Origin: Leucoraja ocellata
Taxonomy: Eukaryota
Assembly: GCA_036785375.1 (NCBI GenBank)
Contig: JAWMAR010000711.1
Location: 62,001 to 126,000, forward strand
Direction: 5' to 3'
DNA length: 64,000 nt
Shown in pieces: positions 10,821 through 23,230 of this stretch. A model generated the notes under the pieces. That model was not told the origin of the DNA. It was given only the letters and a program-made list of their open reading frames with translations, and ran no database searches. Position 1 is the stretch's first letter, and the number at the start of each line of letters is the position of its first letter. A program made the position numbers and the translations under genes.

Positions 10821-13668
10821 CATAGAAACATAGAAAATAGGTGCAGGAGTAGGCCATTCGGCCCTTCGAGCCTGCACCGCCATTCAATATGACCATGGCT
10901 GACCATCCAACTCAGTATCCTGTACCTGCCTTCTCTCCATACCCCCTGATCCCTTTAGCCACAAGGACCACATCTAACTCCCTCTTAAATATAGCCAATG
11001 AACTGGCCTCAACTACCTTCTGGCAGAGAATTCCAGAGATTCACCACTCTCTGTGTGAAAAATGTTTTCCTCATCTCGGTCCTAAAAGATTTCCCCCTTA
11101 TCCTCCATAATTATCCTCCATTTCCCACCGTCCATAACCCCTCTCCCCTCCCTACCTCCCTCCTCTCCCTCTATCCCCCTTCTCCCCTTATCTCCCTTCT
11201 CTAAGATGGCGGACTGCGGGGGTGATGCGCCGTTGTGTATGGCTGCTCCTCCTGCAGTCCGTCCTTTCTCCCTTCTTTATTTTTATTTTTAGTCCTGTCC
11301 GTGGGAACTTTTAATTGGAAGTCTTCTTTTATGTGGTGGGTGGGGGGGGGGGGGGGGGGGAAAAGGGGGAAACTGTTTTAATCTCAGTCCTACCTGGTCG
11401 GAGATGCGGTTTTCTTCCGAACCGCTTCTTCGTCCTCTCTGTGCGGCCTACCATCGAGCTGGAGCAGCGCTGGAGCGACGATTTCCTGCCGGGATTACAG
11501 CTTCGCCGGCGGTGCAGATGCTGGGACACCAACACCAGCACGGAGCGGGCGATGGCTTACCGGATCGCCTTCGGGTAAGCTCCGGGGCACTGGGAACGCC
11601 GACTGCAACATCGCTGTGCTGCGACTGCAGAGCGTCCAGCCACGGGCGGGCGGCACTGGATTTCAACACCGCGGGGCCTGGTGTCCAAGTTCGCCAGTGT
11701 CAGAGGTCCGGCCAGCGCGGCCTGAGAACTTTGGACATTGCAGTCTTCAGGGAGGAAGCGGCCGCTTCAGTCCTGGCCGCTGAAGAATGTTCACCCAACG
11801 CCGATGATCCAGCTTCGCGGCCGAGGGCCTGAGAACATCGAGTTGGCTGAGGAGGCCACATATAGACCCCGACCTCGGGTGGACTATGAGGGGGAGAACT
11901 GGATATTTTTAGTGCCTTCCCTCACAGTGAATTCTGCTGTGGGGGGACGTTTCATGTTGATTTCTATAGTGTACTGTTCTGTGTCTTTTTTCTTTTTTCT
12001 CTTTTTTGTTTTATATGGATATATTGACATTTGGTCTGTTCTATTAACTTAATCAAACTCTGTAAAGCACTTTGGTTCAAATACTGGTTTTGTTGAAAAG
12101 TGCTATATAAATAAACATTATTATTATTATTATTATCCTTAAACTGTGACCCCTTATTCTGGACTTCCCCAACATCGGGAACAACCTTCCTGCATCTAGC
12201 CTGTCCAACCACTTAAGAATTTTGTACATTTCTATAATATCCCCACTCAATCTTCTAAATTCTAGCGAGTACAAGCCGAGTCTATCCAGTCTTTCTTCAT
12301 ATGAAAGTCCTGACATCCCAGGAATCAGTCTGGTGAACCTTCTCTGCACTCCCTCTATGGCAAGAATGTCTTTCCTCAGCTTCGGAGACCAAAACTGTAC
12401 GCAATACTCCAAATGTGGTCTCACCAGGTCCCAGTACAACTGCAGTAGAACCTCCCTGCTCCTATACTCAAATCCTTTTGCTATCAATGCTAACATACCA
12501 TTCGCTTTCTTCACTGTCTGCTGCACCTGCATGCCTACTTTTAATGACTGGTGTACCATGACACCCAGGTCTCGTTGCATCTCCCCTTTTCCTAATCGTT
12601 CACCATTCAGATAATAGTCTACTTTCCTGTTTTTGCCACCAAAGTGGATAACCTCACATTTATCCACATTATACTGCATCTGCCATGCATTTGCCCACTC
12701 GCCCAACCTATCCAAGTCACCTTGCAGCCTCCTAGCATCCTCTTCACAGCTAACACTGCCGCCCAGCTTCGTGTCATCCGCAAACTTGGAGATGTCGCAT
12801 TCAATTCCCTCGTCCAAATCATTAATATATATTGTAAATAGCTGGGGTCCCAGCACTGAGCCTTGCGGTACCCCTCTAGTCACTGCCTGCCATTGTGAAA
12901 AGGACCTGTTTACTCCTACTCTTTGCTTCCTGTCTGCCAGCCAGTTCTCTATCCACATCAATACTGAACCCCCAATACCGTGTGCTTTAAGTTTGTATAC
13001 AGGGTACTAATCTCTTATGTGGGACCTTGTCGAAAGCCTTCTGAAAGTCCAGATATAACACATCCACTGGTTCTCCCTTATCCACTCTATAGTTACATCC
13101 TCGAAAAATTCTATAAGATTTGTCAGACATGATTTACCTTTCATAAATCCATGCTGACTTTGTCCAATGATTTCACCACTTTCCAAATGTGCTGTTATCA
13201 CATCTTTAATAACTGATTCTTGCAGTTTCTCCACTACCGATGTTAGACTAACTGGTCTTTAATTCCCCGTTTTCTCTCTCCCTCCCTTTTTAAAAAGTGG
13301 GGTTACATTAGCTACCCTCCAATCCTCAGGAACTACTCCAGAATCTAAAGAGTTTTGAAAAATTATCACTAATGCATCCACTATTTCTGGTGCTACTTCC
13401 TTAAGTTCTCTGGGATGCAGCCTATCCGGCCCTGGGGATTTATCGGCCTTTAATCCATTCAATTTACCTAACACCACTTCCCGGCTAACCTGGATTTCAC
13501 TCAGTTCCTCCATCTCATTCGACCCCCGGTCCCCTACTATTTCCAGCAAGATTATTTATGTCTTCCTTAGTGAAGACAGAACCAAAGTAGTTATTCAATT
13601 GGTCTGCCATGTCCTTGTTCCCCATGATCAATTCACCTGTTTCTGACTGCAAGGGACCTACATTTGTT
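10821..13668 (-). mobile_element. 5'-truncated CR1 (RT domain plus 3' tail), split by a ~1 kb insert at 11105-12133
   Basis: KSPGPD, QHGFMKGKSCLTNL, GVPQGSVLGP, KFADDTK; frameshifts; (TTTCTATG)n tail. Confidence 0.92.
11105..12133 (+). mobile_element. Non-coding retroposed insert with L2-type 3' tail
   Basis: Pyrimidine tract, then aagatggcg GC-rich body; ends tgtaaagcactttgg..aaaagtgctatataaataaa(tta)n; ttatcct on both sides. Confidence 0.6.
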
Positions 13669-15320
13669 AAAGGAACTACATATAGTCAAAGGTTTGACAA
13701 TATGTTTGATACATATAGTCAAAGGAAGGTCAAGGGGAGGTCGAAGGGGATCGAAGGAGGTCATCTTCACTCTCGATTATTCGGTGTCCAATTTTCCCGA
13801 AGTTAGTTGTAGCCAGTCGAAGCTGGTCTTCAACATAGTCGAAGGAGGTCGAAGGAGGTCGAAGGAGGTCTTCTACATAGTCGAAGGAGGTCTTCAACAT
13901 GCCATTTTTTCAAACCCTTCTAAACTCGCCAATTAGGTCGCCCAAGTGGGACAGCCCCTTTAACACCAAGTTGCAGCAACTGTCCTCAGTATACACGCAG
14001 CCAGGACGCTAATAAGCTAAAAGGTTCATCTGGATATGCGTGTGCCCAAGGACAATGTGTATTGGCAGATTATTATATCGTTCAAGGAATTGTTTCCTCT
14101 AGCCACTATGACTGAAGACAATGGGTAAGGAGATAGTTTCGTTACGCATCTACGAGCTCTCCACGAGACATTCAATACCGTCGAAAGATAAATCTTCAAA
14201 ACACAGTCTCTTGATTAATAGTTTCTTTATTGCTGCAGAAAAACCAGTGAGATATTTACCCAAACTTCTTGTTTAAGTACATTTTAATCTTACTCATAGT
14301 CAAACTCATGCATGTACAAACTCCATGGTCAAACTTGTGCAAGGTCGAAAGCTGTGACTTCCCCATGCCTCCTCCAAACTAAAACTAACAACTAAAAGCA
14401 CGTCTGCATGAAAAATCCCAGCCACAAACATGCCTCCAACTGCGTAATAAATCCCACCCACATATTTACAGGCAGATAACATTTAAAGGTAACTGGTTAT
14501 AACCATAACATACTGAGTTAAGCTAAATGGCTACTGCATACCGGCCCCTAATTGTTCTGAGTATATAACGAGGCAATTACTAATAGACATCAAAAAAGTA
14601 GCTATAAAGGCTTAACATATATCAAAAACCCAAAATAGCATGCATTCTATATCCGCCTTCAGACTTCTTCAGCAATTCTTCCATCTTCACCTTCGCCTTC
14701 TAGAAGCAAGCATAACTTGGTTATTGGTCTTATTAAAACATTGTTCTTAGTCTGAAGTCGTACTGTGCACACCAAACCCTTAACAACAGGCATGATACCC
14801 AGAGTATAGTCCAAAACACAAAAGCCCAAAGTTTTGACAGCATGAAACTTCTTCCTCCATGTCCGATCAACTCATGGATACGTTGTAACAATAATGTTGA
14901 AGTGTGAAAATCCTTCAAGAGAATAATAGGATTTTTAGCAATAACGTTCCCTGTGAGGTTTTGTTTAATTTCCGGGTCATTAGCAGAGATTTCAAATCCC
15001 AGCTCAGGTTTTGGCCATTCTCTGTCTGGCTTACAGAGAAACTCTGGTCCATTGATCCATCTCATATTGCTTAAGAAGCGGTCTGCTGTCAGTCCTCCAG
15101 AAGCTTCATCCGCAGGATTTTCTTTTGTGTTAACATATTTCCATTGTGAATCATTAGTAGCTCCCAATACAAAAGAGATTCTGTTTGCTACAAATGTCAA
15201 GAAACGTTTGTTGTCATCGTTGAAGTATTTAAGCACCGTAGTACTATCGGTCCAGAAGATAGATTCTTCCAGTTGAAGCTGTAGTTCTTTTTCTTGCAAT
15301 ATGTCAACTTTACCAGCTTA

Positions 15321-17669
15321 AAGCCCTGTCACACTGTGCGAGCTGACCCACGAGGTAACCCGAGCGAAATACTCGTGGTTGTGTACGAGATTCCAAGTGT
15401 ACGATCAAGAGTTTAACTGAGTTCCCACGGGTATGATAAGTTTGCCGTTTACTTATCATTTCTGCGATGTTCCAAGTTCCTCTCCTGAGTTACTCTTGAG
15501 TCATCGTGAATGAAGGTCTGTTTTAATAAGCAACAGTGTTAAAGATGTTAACTGTGATAAAAATATATGATTCTGTTATTTGTGGAGCTGCTGCACAATT
15601 GAGACACTGTACACATTCTTCAAAATAGCTTTTCAATGCAGTAATCATTCAATCAGTTGCCCGTTTGCTGTTTAAAAAGATTGCAAAGAAAGATGAACCA
15701 GTCCAAAATTTGTGGTGATTATTATGGCATAAACTTGGAGGTATGAACAGTGTGTGAGATCAGATCCAGAACGAATCGGATTGGAACAGGGTGTGAATAG
15801 AGCATCAGAAAAATCAAAAGAAATGAAGAGAGATAGCAAGCAGAGCAATTTGTGGATTGTCAGGCAAATTCCACAGAAACTTTGCAGATCAATAACCGAA
15901 AGTCTGAACAAGTGTACAAAAAGCTGGAGAAACTCGGCGGGTCAGGCAGCATCTCTGGAGTAAAGGAATTGGTAAATGTTTCGTGTCGAGACCCGTCTGA
16001 AGAATGGTCTTGACCCGAAATATTACCTATTCCCCAGAGATACTGCCTGACCCATTGTCACTCCAGCATTTTGTCTGTCTCTAGTTCATGGTTGCCTGAT
16101 TATGAGACTTATTAAGAAAGAATTCAGCGCGTCCGCATCTATTGCATTTTGAACTTCTCCTTTTCCCAGAGAGATCAGGTCACCACTTGAGCCGCGTGTG
16201 GAAAAAAGACACTTTTCTTCAACTCTTACATAATTCGGAACAAGAACAAAGAACCCTCGCTGTTCTCTCCGAGGGTTGGTGGGGATGGGGGTGGGGGTTC
16301 ATTTTTAAGCTAAACAGGTAGAACGAGCTATATAAGTGGTGTTTGGTCTCCAGGAATTCAGCTGGTTCGGTGACAAATATCCATTACAGACAAAAGTCGC
16401 ATAACCCTACCTCTCCACACTGTCGGCTCACCTGAAAACGGACAAAAGAGAAGCCGTGTCTGAGCTTGTTCCGAAAGGTGTCCTTGGGAAAAGGTGTTAC
16501 AAACGGTAAAGACGGTACAATCGGCTTGTATCGGAACAAACGTGGAACAAATCAGTTTCGGGGCACCCAGATCTCGCTCCACCAACACACATATACAACT
16601 TTAAGCAATATCCCACTATGTATCCAAACTCATTCTGCACATCATCCTTATCTGGGAAACAAATGGTCATTTTCTGCAGTGAACCGCCCGCGTCCAAGCA
16701 GCGAAAGGCTTCAATGCGGTTGGCATTGTGAAGATCTGAAAGGAAGCTTTGCACGGTAGATTAAATATAATTTCACGTTCCAATATTTGGAAAGCGATTA
16801 TGCAACATGTGAACATTATTAGAGCCGCCCGCATGTCTATTTACTGAAGATGATCAGGGGAAAAAAATGATCACAAAGGGAAATAGAGATAAAGACTTGT
16901 TCTGTATTACAGCGCCGTTCAGACTCAGGGTGGCCGAAACACCTAAATAACGATACAACCGGTGGTATATGAAGGAAACAACATGTGGATACACGTGTAT
17001 TAGTATGGAGGCGGTGGGTGTAAACTAAAATGCTACTCAGTAGATTTAAACTATTCCGAATAAAATGATTACTATCGGTAAGAACTTCACTCTAACACGG
17101 AACTAATTAACGCTCGCTTTCCAGGAGCTGCATGTATCTTTCATCTGTCAATGGTTGGTTAGTGCTTGTAACATGCATGTTTGATATACAAACCATATTT
17201 TGAGTTCAGTTCGGCCTTAAAATTTTGAGGAAGTACGCTGAAGTACAAGGGTAACTCCAGTATATGAAATCCATTGTCCTTTCATTGTGAGGTTCAATAA
17301 AAACGTCATCCCGTCACCCATTCCTTCTCTCCAGAGATGCTGCCTGCCCGCTGAGTTAAAGAGTGCCCACGGTAGACTCACGAGACACTAAGGTAAACTC
17401 ACGGGCCACTACGTTCTTACAACAAGTTTAAATGTTTCCGTTTTTAACTTCAGCAGTACATTTTACTCGTGGAAAACTTGAAACATGTTTGAATTTTTTT
17501 AAAGAGTTAACAAGTTTCACGGGTACTTGCCGTTAGCGCCACAAGTAGCTAAGTTGCATCCACGAGTTCCGACGTTCCCTCCACGTTATTTGTACGTGAT
17601 TGCCACGAGTTAAAATTGTTTTAAACTCGGGGTAGCTCGTGGGTCAGCTCGCACAATGTGACAGGGGTT
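15321..17669. mobile_element. Harbinger-like TIR element (2.35 kb) inserted in BEL pol
   Basis: TIR AAGCCCTGTCACACTGTGCGAGCTGACCCACGAG / CTCGTGGGTCAGCTCGCACAATGTGACAGGGGTT; TTA/TAA flanks; the BEL frame resumes across it. Confidence 0.8.
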
Positions 17670-17833
17670 TAAGACTACAGCAGTAAGTTCCATTCTGGGA
17701 ATTGTCATTTGTTTCAATGGTGCCACTCTGGCCTTTCCCATTAAGAATGCAACATGTACTTCTTTGTAGGTACACAAAAATGCTGGAGAAACTCAGCGGG
17801 TGCAGCAGCATCTATGGAGCAAAGGAACTAGGT

Positions 17834-17861
17834 GACGTTTCGGGCCGAAACCCTTCTTCAG
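17834..17861 (-). ncRNA. Minimal (type I, PLE-type) hammerhead ribozyme motif
   Basis: Minus strand CTGAAGA-A-GGG tttcgg CCC-GAAAC-GTC; core intact, palindromic ACGT stem III. Confidence 0.75.
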
Positions 17862-18002
17862 ACTGATAGGGGGTAGGGGGGGAGAAGGAATGAAAAAGGG
17901 GAGGAGGAGGAGCCTGAGGGCGGGGGGATGGGAGGAGACAGCTCGAGGGTTGAGGAAGGGGAGGAGACAGCAAGGGCTAGCAAAATTGGGAGAATTCAAT
18001 GT

Positions 18003-19334
18003 TCATGCCTGCCGCAGGCTACCCAGGCGGAATATGAGGTGCTGTTCCTCCAATTTCCGGTGTTGCTCACTCTGGCAATGGAGGAGACCCAGGACAGAGA
18101 GGTCGGACTGGGAATGGGAGGGGGAGATGAAGTGCTGAGCCACCGGGAGTTCAGGTAAGTTCTTGCGGACTGAGCGGAGGTGTTTGGCGAAACGATCGCC
18201 CAACCTCCGCTTAGTCTCACCGATGTAAATCAGCTGACATCTAGAGCAGCGGATGCAGTAGATGAGGTTGGAGGAGATACAGGTGAACCTTTGTCGCACC
18301 TGGAACGACTGCTTGGGTCCTTGAATGGAGTCGAGGGGGGAGGTAAAGGGACAGGTGTTGCATTTCTTGCGGGTGCAACGGAACGTGCCCGGGGAGGGGG
18401 TGGTACAGGAGGGAAGGGAAGAATTGACAAGGGAGTTGCGGAGGGAGCGGTCTTTGCGGAAGGCAGACATGGGGGGAGATGGGAAGATGTGGCGAGTGGT
18501 GGGGTCACGTTGGAGGTGGCGGAAATGGCGGAGGATGATTTGTTGTATTTGCCGGCTGGTGGGGTGAAAGGTGAGGACTAGAGGGACTCTGCCCTTGTTG
18601 CGAGTACGGGGATGGGGAGAGAGAGCAGTGTTGCGGGGTATGGAAGAGACCCTGGTGCGAGCCTCATCTATGGTGGAGGAGGGGGATCCCCATTCCCTGA
18701 AGAGCGAGGACATTTCCGATGCCTTGGTGTGGAACGTCTCATCCTGGGAGCAGATGCGGCGTAGACGGAGGAATTGGGAGTAGGGGATGGAGTCCTTACA
18801 GGGGGCAGGGTGGGAAGACGTGTAGTCCAGATAGCCATGTGAGTCAGTGGGTTTGTAGTGTACGTCGGTTAGAAGTCTATCCCCTGCGATGGAGATGGTG
18901 AGGTCAAGGAATGGTTGGGAAGTGTCAGAAATGGTCCAGGTGTATTTGAGTGCCGGATGGGAGTTGGTGGTGAAGTGGATGAAGTCAGTCAGTTGTGTGT
19001 GGGTGCAGGAGGTGGCCCCAAAGCAGTCATCAATGTAACGGAGGTAGAGGTCGGGGATGGGGCCCTGGTACGTATTGAACAAGGATTGTTCGACATACCC
19101 GACAAAGAGGCAGGCGTAGCTGGGGCCTATGCGTGTGCCCATAGCCACTACGTCTTGTGTTTGGAGGAAATGGGAGGAGTCAAACGTAAAGTTGTTGAGG
19201 GTGAGTACCAACTCCGCTAGGCGGAGGAGAGTGTCAGTGGCTGGGTATAGGTTGCTCCTCTGGTCGAGGACGAGCCGGAGGGCTTTGAGGCCATCCTGGT
19301 GGGGGATGGAGGTGTAGAGTGACTGGACGGCCAT
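18003..19334 (-). CDS. PLE reverse transcriptase/GIY-YIG endonuclease (C-terminal part)
   Basis: SLYTSIP, AMGT, LRYIDD, PFLDL, CTRKKCNTC linker, NLIYCIRC..IYIGETKRRLGDRFAKH. Confidence 0.88.
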   Translation of the reverse strand: MAVQSLYTSIPHQDGLKALRLVLDQRSNLYPATDTLLRLAELVLTLNNFTFDSSHFLQTQDVVAMGTRIGPSYACLFVGYVEQSLFNTYQGPIPDLYLRYIDDCFGATSCTHTQLTDFIHFTTNSHPALKYTWTISDTSQPFLDLTISIAGDRLLTDVHYKPTDSHGYLDYTSSHPAPCKDSIPYSQFLRLRRICSQDETFHTKASEMSSLFREWGSPSSTIDEARTRVSSIPRNTALSPHPRTRNKGRVPLVLTFHPTSRQIQQIILRHFRHLQRDPTTRHIFPSPPMSAFRKDRSLRNSLVNSSLPSCTTPSPGTFRCTRKKCNTCPFTSPLDSIQGPKQSFQVRQRFTCISSNLIYCIRCSRCQLIYIGETKRRLGDRFAKHLRSVRKNLPELPVAQHFISPSHSQSDLSVLGLLHCQSEQHRKLEEQHLIFRLGSLRQA

Positions 19335-22300
19335 GGTGAAGATGAGGGGGTGGGGATCTAGAGAGTGGAATGCGCGGAGGCGGCGGAGAGTGTCTGAGGT
19401 GTCTAGAACATAGGTGGGAAGGGATTTGACCAGGGGGGATAGTATGGAGTCAAGGTATGTGGAGATGAGTTCGGTGGGGCACGAACAGGCAGAGACAATG
19501 GGTCTGCCGGGAGAGCCGGGTTTGTGGATTTTGGGGAGAAGGGAAACCGGGCCGTGCGGGGCTGGGGAACGATGAAGTTGGAAGCTTGGCCGGGCAGGGC
19601 GTGGGAGTTGATGTAGTCGGTGATGGTACTAGATATGGTGGCCTGGTGCTCGTCAGTGGGGTCATGGTCCAGGGGTAAGTAGGAGGAGGTGCCCGAGAGT
19701 TGGCGCGTGGCCTCAGCTTTGTATAGATCGACGCGCCAGACTACCATGGCAACTCCCTTGTTGGCTGGTTTGATAACCCAATCTGGGTTTTTGCGGAGTG
19801 ATTCGATGGCAGTGCCTTCAGGGGGGGAGAGATTGGAGTGAGACAGGGGAGTGGAGAAGTTGAGGCGGTTGACGTCGCGGTGGTAGTTCTGGATAAAGAG
19901 TTCCAAAGCCGGGACTTTGCGAGGGGGGTTCCATGAGGAGGGGGTGCGTTGGAGACGGGAAAAGGGGGTCATCATTGGGGGGTGAGGACTCCTTCCCATG
20001 GAAGTGCGCTGTGAGGCGGAGGCGACGGTAGAAGCGCTCCAAGTCATGGTGGGCGCGGAACTCATTGAGATGGGGACGGAGGGGGACAAAGGTAAGACCT
20101 CTGTTGAGGACAGACCGTTCGGTGTGGGAGAGTGGGAGGTCGGGGGGGGGGGGATGGTGAACACCCGGCAGGGATGGGGGTTGGGGCCAGAGGAAGGCAG
20201 GTGGGCGGACTGGGGACGGGGCAATGTGTGGTGGGGGGGGTTGTGGGTGTTGGAGGGGTGGTGGGTGGTCAGTGGGTGGGGGGGTGAGAGGGCTGTAATG
20301 TGGGTGGGGAAGAGTGCGGGTCACATAGTTGGAGGGGGATGGGGGAGAGTCAGTGGAATAGCCACTGAGGTTAGCAAGGTTGGGCAGACTGGCACTAGGA
20401 CCCAGTGGAGTCAAGCCCAGGATAGTGGGAGTAAGCAACGTGGAGGCTTCAGGCCCTGTGCAGAGTCCAGGCTCCAGGTAAGGCGGCGGCTGTGGGTAGT
20501 TGGAGGGAGGTGGAGTGGCGCGGGTCACCGGACCCGATGGTCGGAGTCCTGTGGCGCGGGTCAACGGACCCGATGGTCGGAGTCCCGTGGCAGTTGAGTC
20601 GGGGTCCGCGGGCGATGCGTCGGAGGTCCCGGTGGGTGGATAGTCGGCGGGGCGGCGCGGGACGGCCATAGCGGTGGTGCGGCGAGATGAGTCGGGTGCT
20701 TCTTTGTTATCATTTTCCAGTCTTAGATATGAAACTGTACTGTAACCACTTTCACTGGCATCTGAGAAATGATGCAGCGGTGTACCTCTGATCTGACCAA
20801 AGTTTGTAGGCTTCATGCACTGGTCCACTTTGAATTCTGAGATCTTGTTGAGATCTGCTAACCATTCTGTCCATCGGTGAGAGGAAGTTTGTGTTATATT
20901 CTCATCCCATCCAAGTTTTTCCTTACAAAGATCCTGCAAAATCAACTTGGTTGGCAGTGTAAATGGTGCAAGAAATCCCAAAGGGTCGTAAACGGAACCA
21001 ATCAGGATAGGATACCCCTTCTAGTACATGGTCGCTCTTGAATTGAGATTCTGAACTTGAACACAACTTGAACAGTGCTCTTTCCATTGGCAAATTAGCT
21101 TTGTCCAAATCCAACTCCCTGGTCTCTTTGGCTCTATCATCTGGTGGAATGCTTTCCAATACAACACGACTGTTGCTGATCCACTTGGAAAGTGTGAATA
21201 CTCCCTTATTGCAGAGGGACGTCAGATGATTTACAATTTGAACTGCTTCCTGCTCAGTTGACATGGATTTTAAGCAATCATCCACATAGAAATTATTCTT
21301 CACAGTGGTTATCACCTCTTCTGGAAAGTGAGCTTTATTGTCCTCTGCGGTCTTCTTTAATGCAAAGTTTGCACAGCTTGATGATGACACTGCTCCAAAG
21401 AGATGTACCTTCATGAGGTATTCAACAAGATCTTGTTGTGCATCCCCTTCAGGCCACCATAAGATTCACAAGTAGTCAATGTGTTTTTCTGATACTTTGA
21501 CGATGAAAACATCGCTTTAATATCAGCCATCAAAGCAATTGGTTCTTGTCTGAATTTAATGAGAACTCCAATTAGTAAGTTGGTAAGGTCTGGACCTTGC
21601 AGTTGTTGACAGTTAAGTGATGTTCCTTTGATGACTGCAGCACAGTAAAAGACCTCCCTCAAGGTCCGTTTCTTCGAGTGGTACACCATGGTGCGGAATG
21701 TACCAAAGCTCTCCATCACTTCGATTCAGTTGGTTTGTTGGTACCATTTCGGCATAATCATTTTCAATCATATCCTTTAGGAAAGACGTATATTCCTCAT
21801 GAAATTTCGTATTCTTGCCAAACTTGCGTTTCAGATTCTGGGTGCGTTGCTCTGCCATATGGCAATTATTCGGCAGACTAACACTTTGTTTGAAAGGTAA
21901 GTCCAGACAATAGTGTTCGTCTATCATCTTTACTGAGTAGTTCATAATATCCAAGAACTTTAGCTCTTCCCTGAACATTTCTTCTGATTCCTTACTGGCA
22001 CTTTCATTGAAGTCATGATTGTATTGCTTGATCAATAACTTTTCTAATTTACCCATAGATATTTGATTAACAGCAGTGGCAGGGTTGTTCTTCTGGTTCC
22101 TGCTTTCATTGCCCCTTCTCAAGGAGCCATAGATAACCCATCCTAGTAGGGTTTTCACAGCAAACGGCCCATCACCTTGGCTCCTCACAATCTGTTTGGG
22201 TTCCAATGCCTTCAAAGCATTCGTTCCGATAAGAAGGCCAATACCAGAATTTATTTGAGATATTTTCACATCCTTCAAGTAAGGCCATTGTCTCAAGTCC

Positions 22301-22559
22301 TCATGTCTGGATATATTTTGATGACAAACAGGCATGGTCTCATGTGTAAACACCAGATATTGGTATAAAATTGCCTCCTCCGAACTAAAACTAACAACTA
22401 AAAGCGCGTCTGTGTGATAAATCCCAGCCACAAACACGCCTCCAACTATGTAATAAATCCCACCCACATAATTACAGGCAGATAAAATTTAAAGGTCATA
22501 ACCATAACATACAGAGTTAGGCTCAATGGCTACTACGCAATGGAACCCATTACTTTGGA

Positions 22560-23230
22560 GTTTGTCCAAAGTTTGTTGAAGGTGGCAGCACAACAGTAAC
22601 GTGCTAAAGAAGGCTTGCGTGACACAGGTCTTCATTTGCTGGAGCATTGAATGCAAATCCACATTGAATGCAAATCCAGTGAGGTTAAACCATTGGTCAG
22701 ACCGCAGCTGGAGCTCTGGTCACTGCACTATGGGAAAGATGTGATACAGAGAAAGATGCAGCGGAAGTTCACGGGGATCTTGCCTGGGAAGATACATTTC
22801 TGTAACGAGGATAGGTTGGGTCTGTTTTCCCTGGAGCGGAGGTGGTTATGAGTGAACACAACCAAGGTATGAAGGAACATTATGAATGGTACAGATAGAG
22901 TAGGCTTCAAGAAGCCTTTTCCTTTATTAGTGGTAGATACCATTAGAGGACATATACAGGTATGCAGGGTAAGGGGGGAGTGATTTAGAGGGGATCTGAT
23001 GGGAACCCTTTTCACCCAGAGTGCAGTGAGCACCTGGAATGCATTACCTGAGGGAGTGGTGGAAGCAGAGTAATTGACAGCATGTAACAACGTCGAGCCA
23101 AGCGATTTAAATGCCCAAATGTTGAAGGCTACAAGCCAAGTACTGGAAAATTAGTTTAATACAGATGGATGTCCGCTGGACAGCATGAATGTGTTGGGCT
23201 GAATGGCCTGTTTCCACACTATTTGCCCTC
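22560..23230 (+). mobile_element. Old CR1 3' fragment
   Basis: LVRPQLE..QRKFTGILPG..RLGLFSLERR; ttttcacccagagtgcagtg. Confidence 0.7.

Larger units (their letters stand above)
10494..13959. mobile_element. Harbinger-like non-autonomous element interrupted by a CR1
   Basis: TIR AGGGCATGTCCCACTTGGGAGACCTAA / TTAGGTCGCCCAAGTGGGACAGCCCCT, TTA duplication on both sides, internal gtcgaagga/gtcgtag repeats. Confidence 0.8.
17768..20698 (-). mobile_element. Penelope-like element (Neptune-type) inserted in BEL
   Basis: 9-bp TSD CTTCTTTGT (17759-17767 and 20699-20707); RT, Cys linker and GIY-YIG; hammerhead-bearing 3' terminus; upstream frames broken. Confidence 0.92.
14109..22537 (-). mobile_element. 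Degenerate BEL/Pao LTR retrotransposon with nested insertions
   Basis: Matching LTR segments at about 14365-14538 and 22374-22537, purine tract next to the 3' LTR; Pao motifs IGLLIG, QGPDLTN, HLFGAVSS, NFYVDD, HHFSDASESGY, KARVAP..TIPRMEL, WTDSTTVL, ENPADEAS. Confidence 0.88.

Noticed and set aside
13680-13900. gtcgaaggag repeats as an array or coding repeat
   Set aside because: Subterminal repeats of the Harbinger-like element; no unique spacers
19818-20981. 387-aa ORF as a novel gene
   Set aside because: Chance fusion of BEL RNase H sequence with the Pro-rich 5' part of the inserted PLE, across the TSD at 20699-20707
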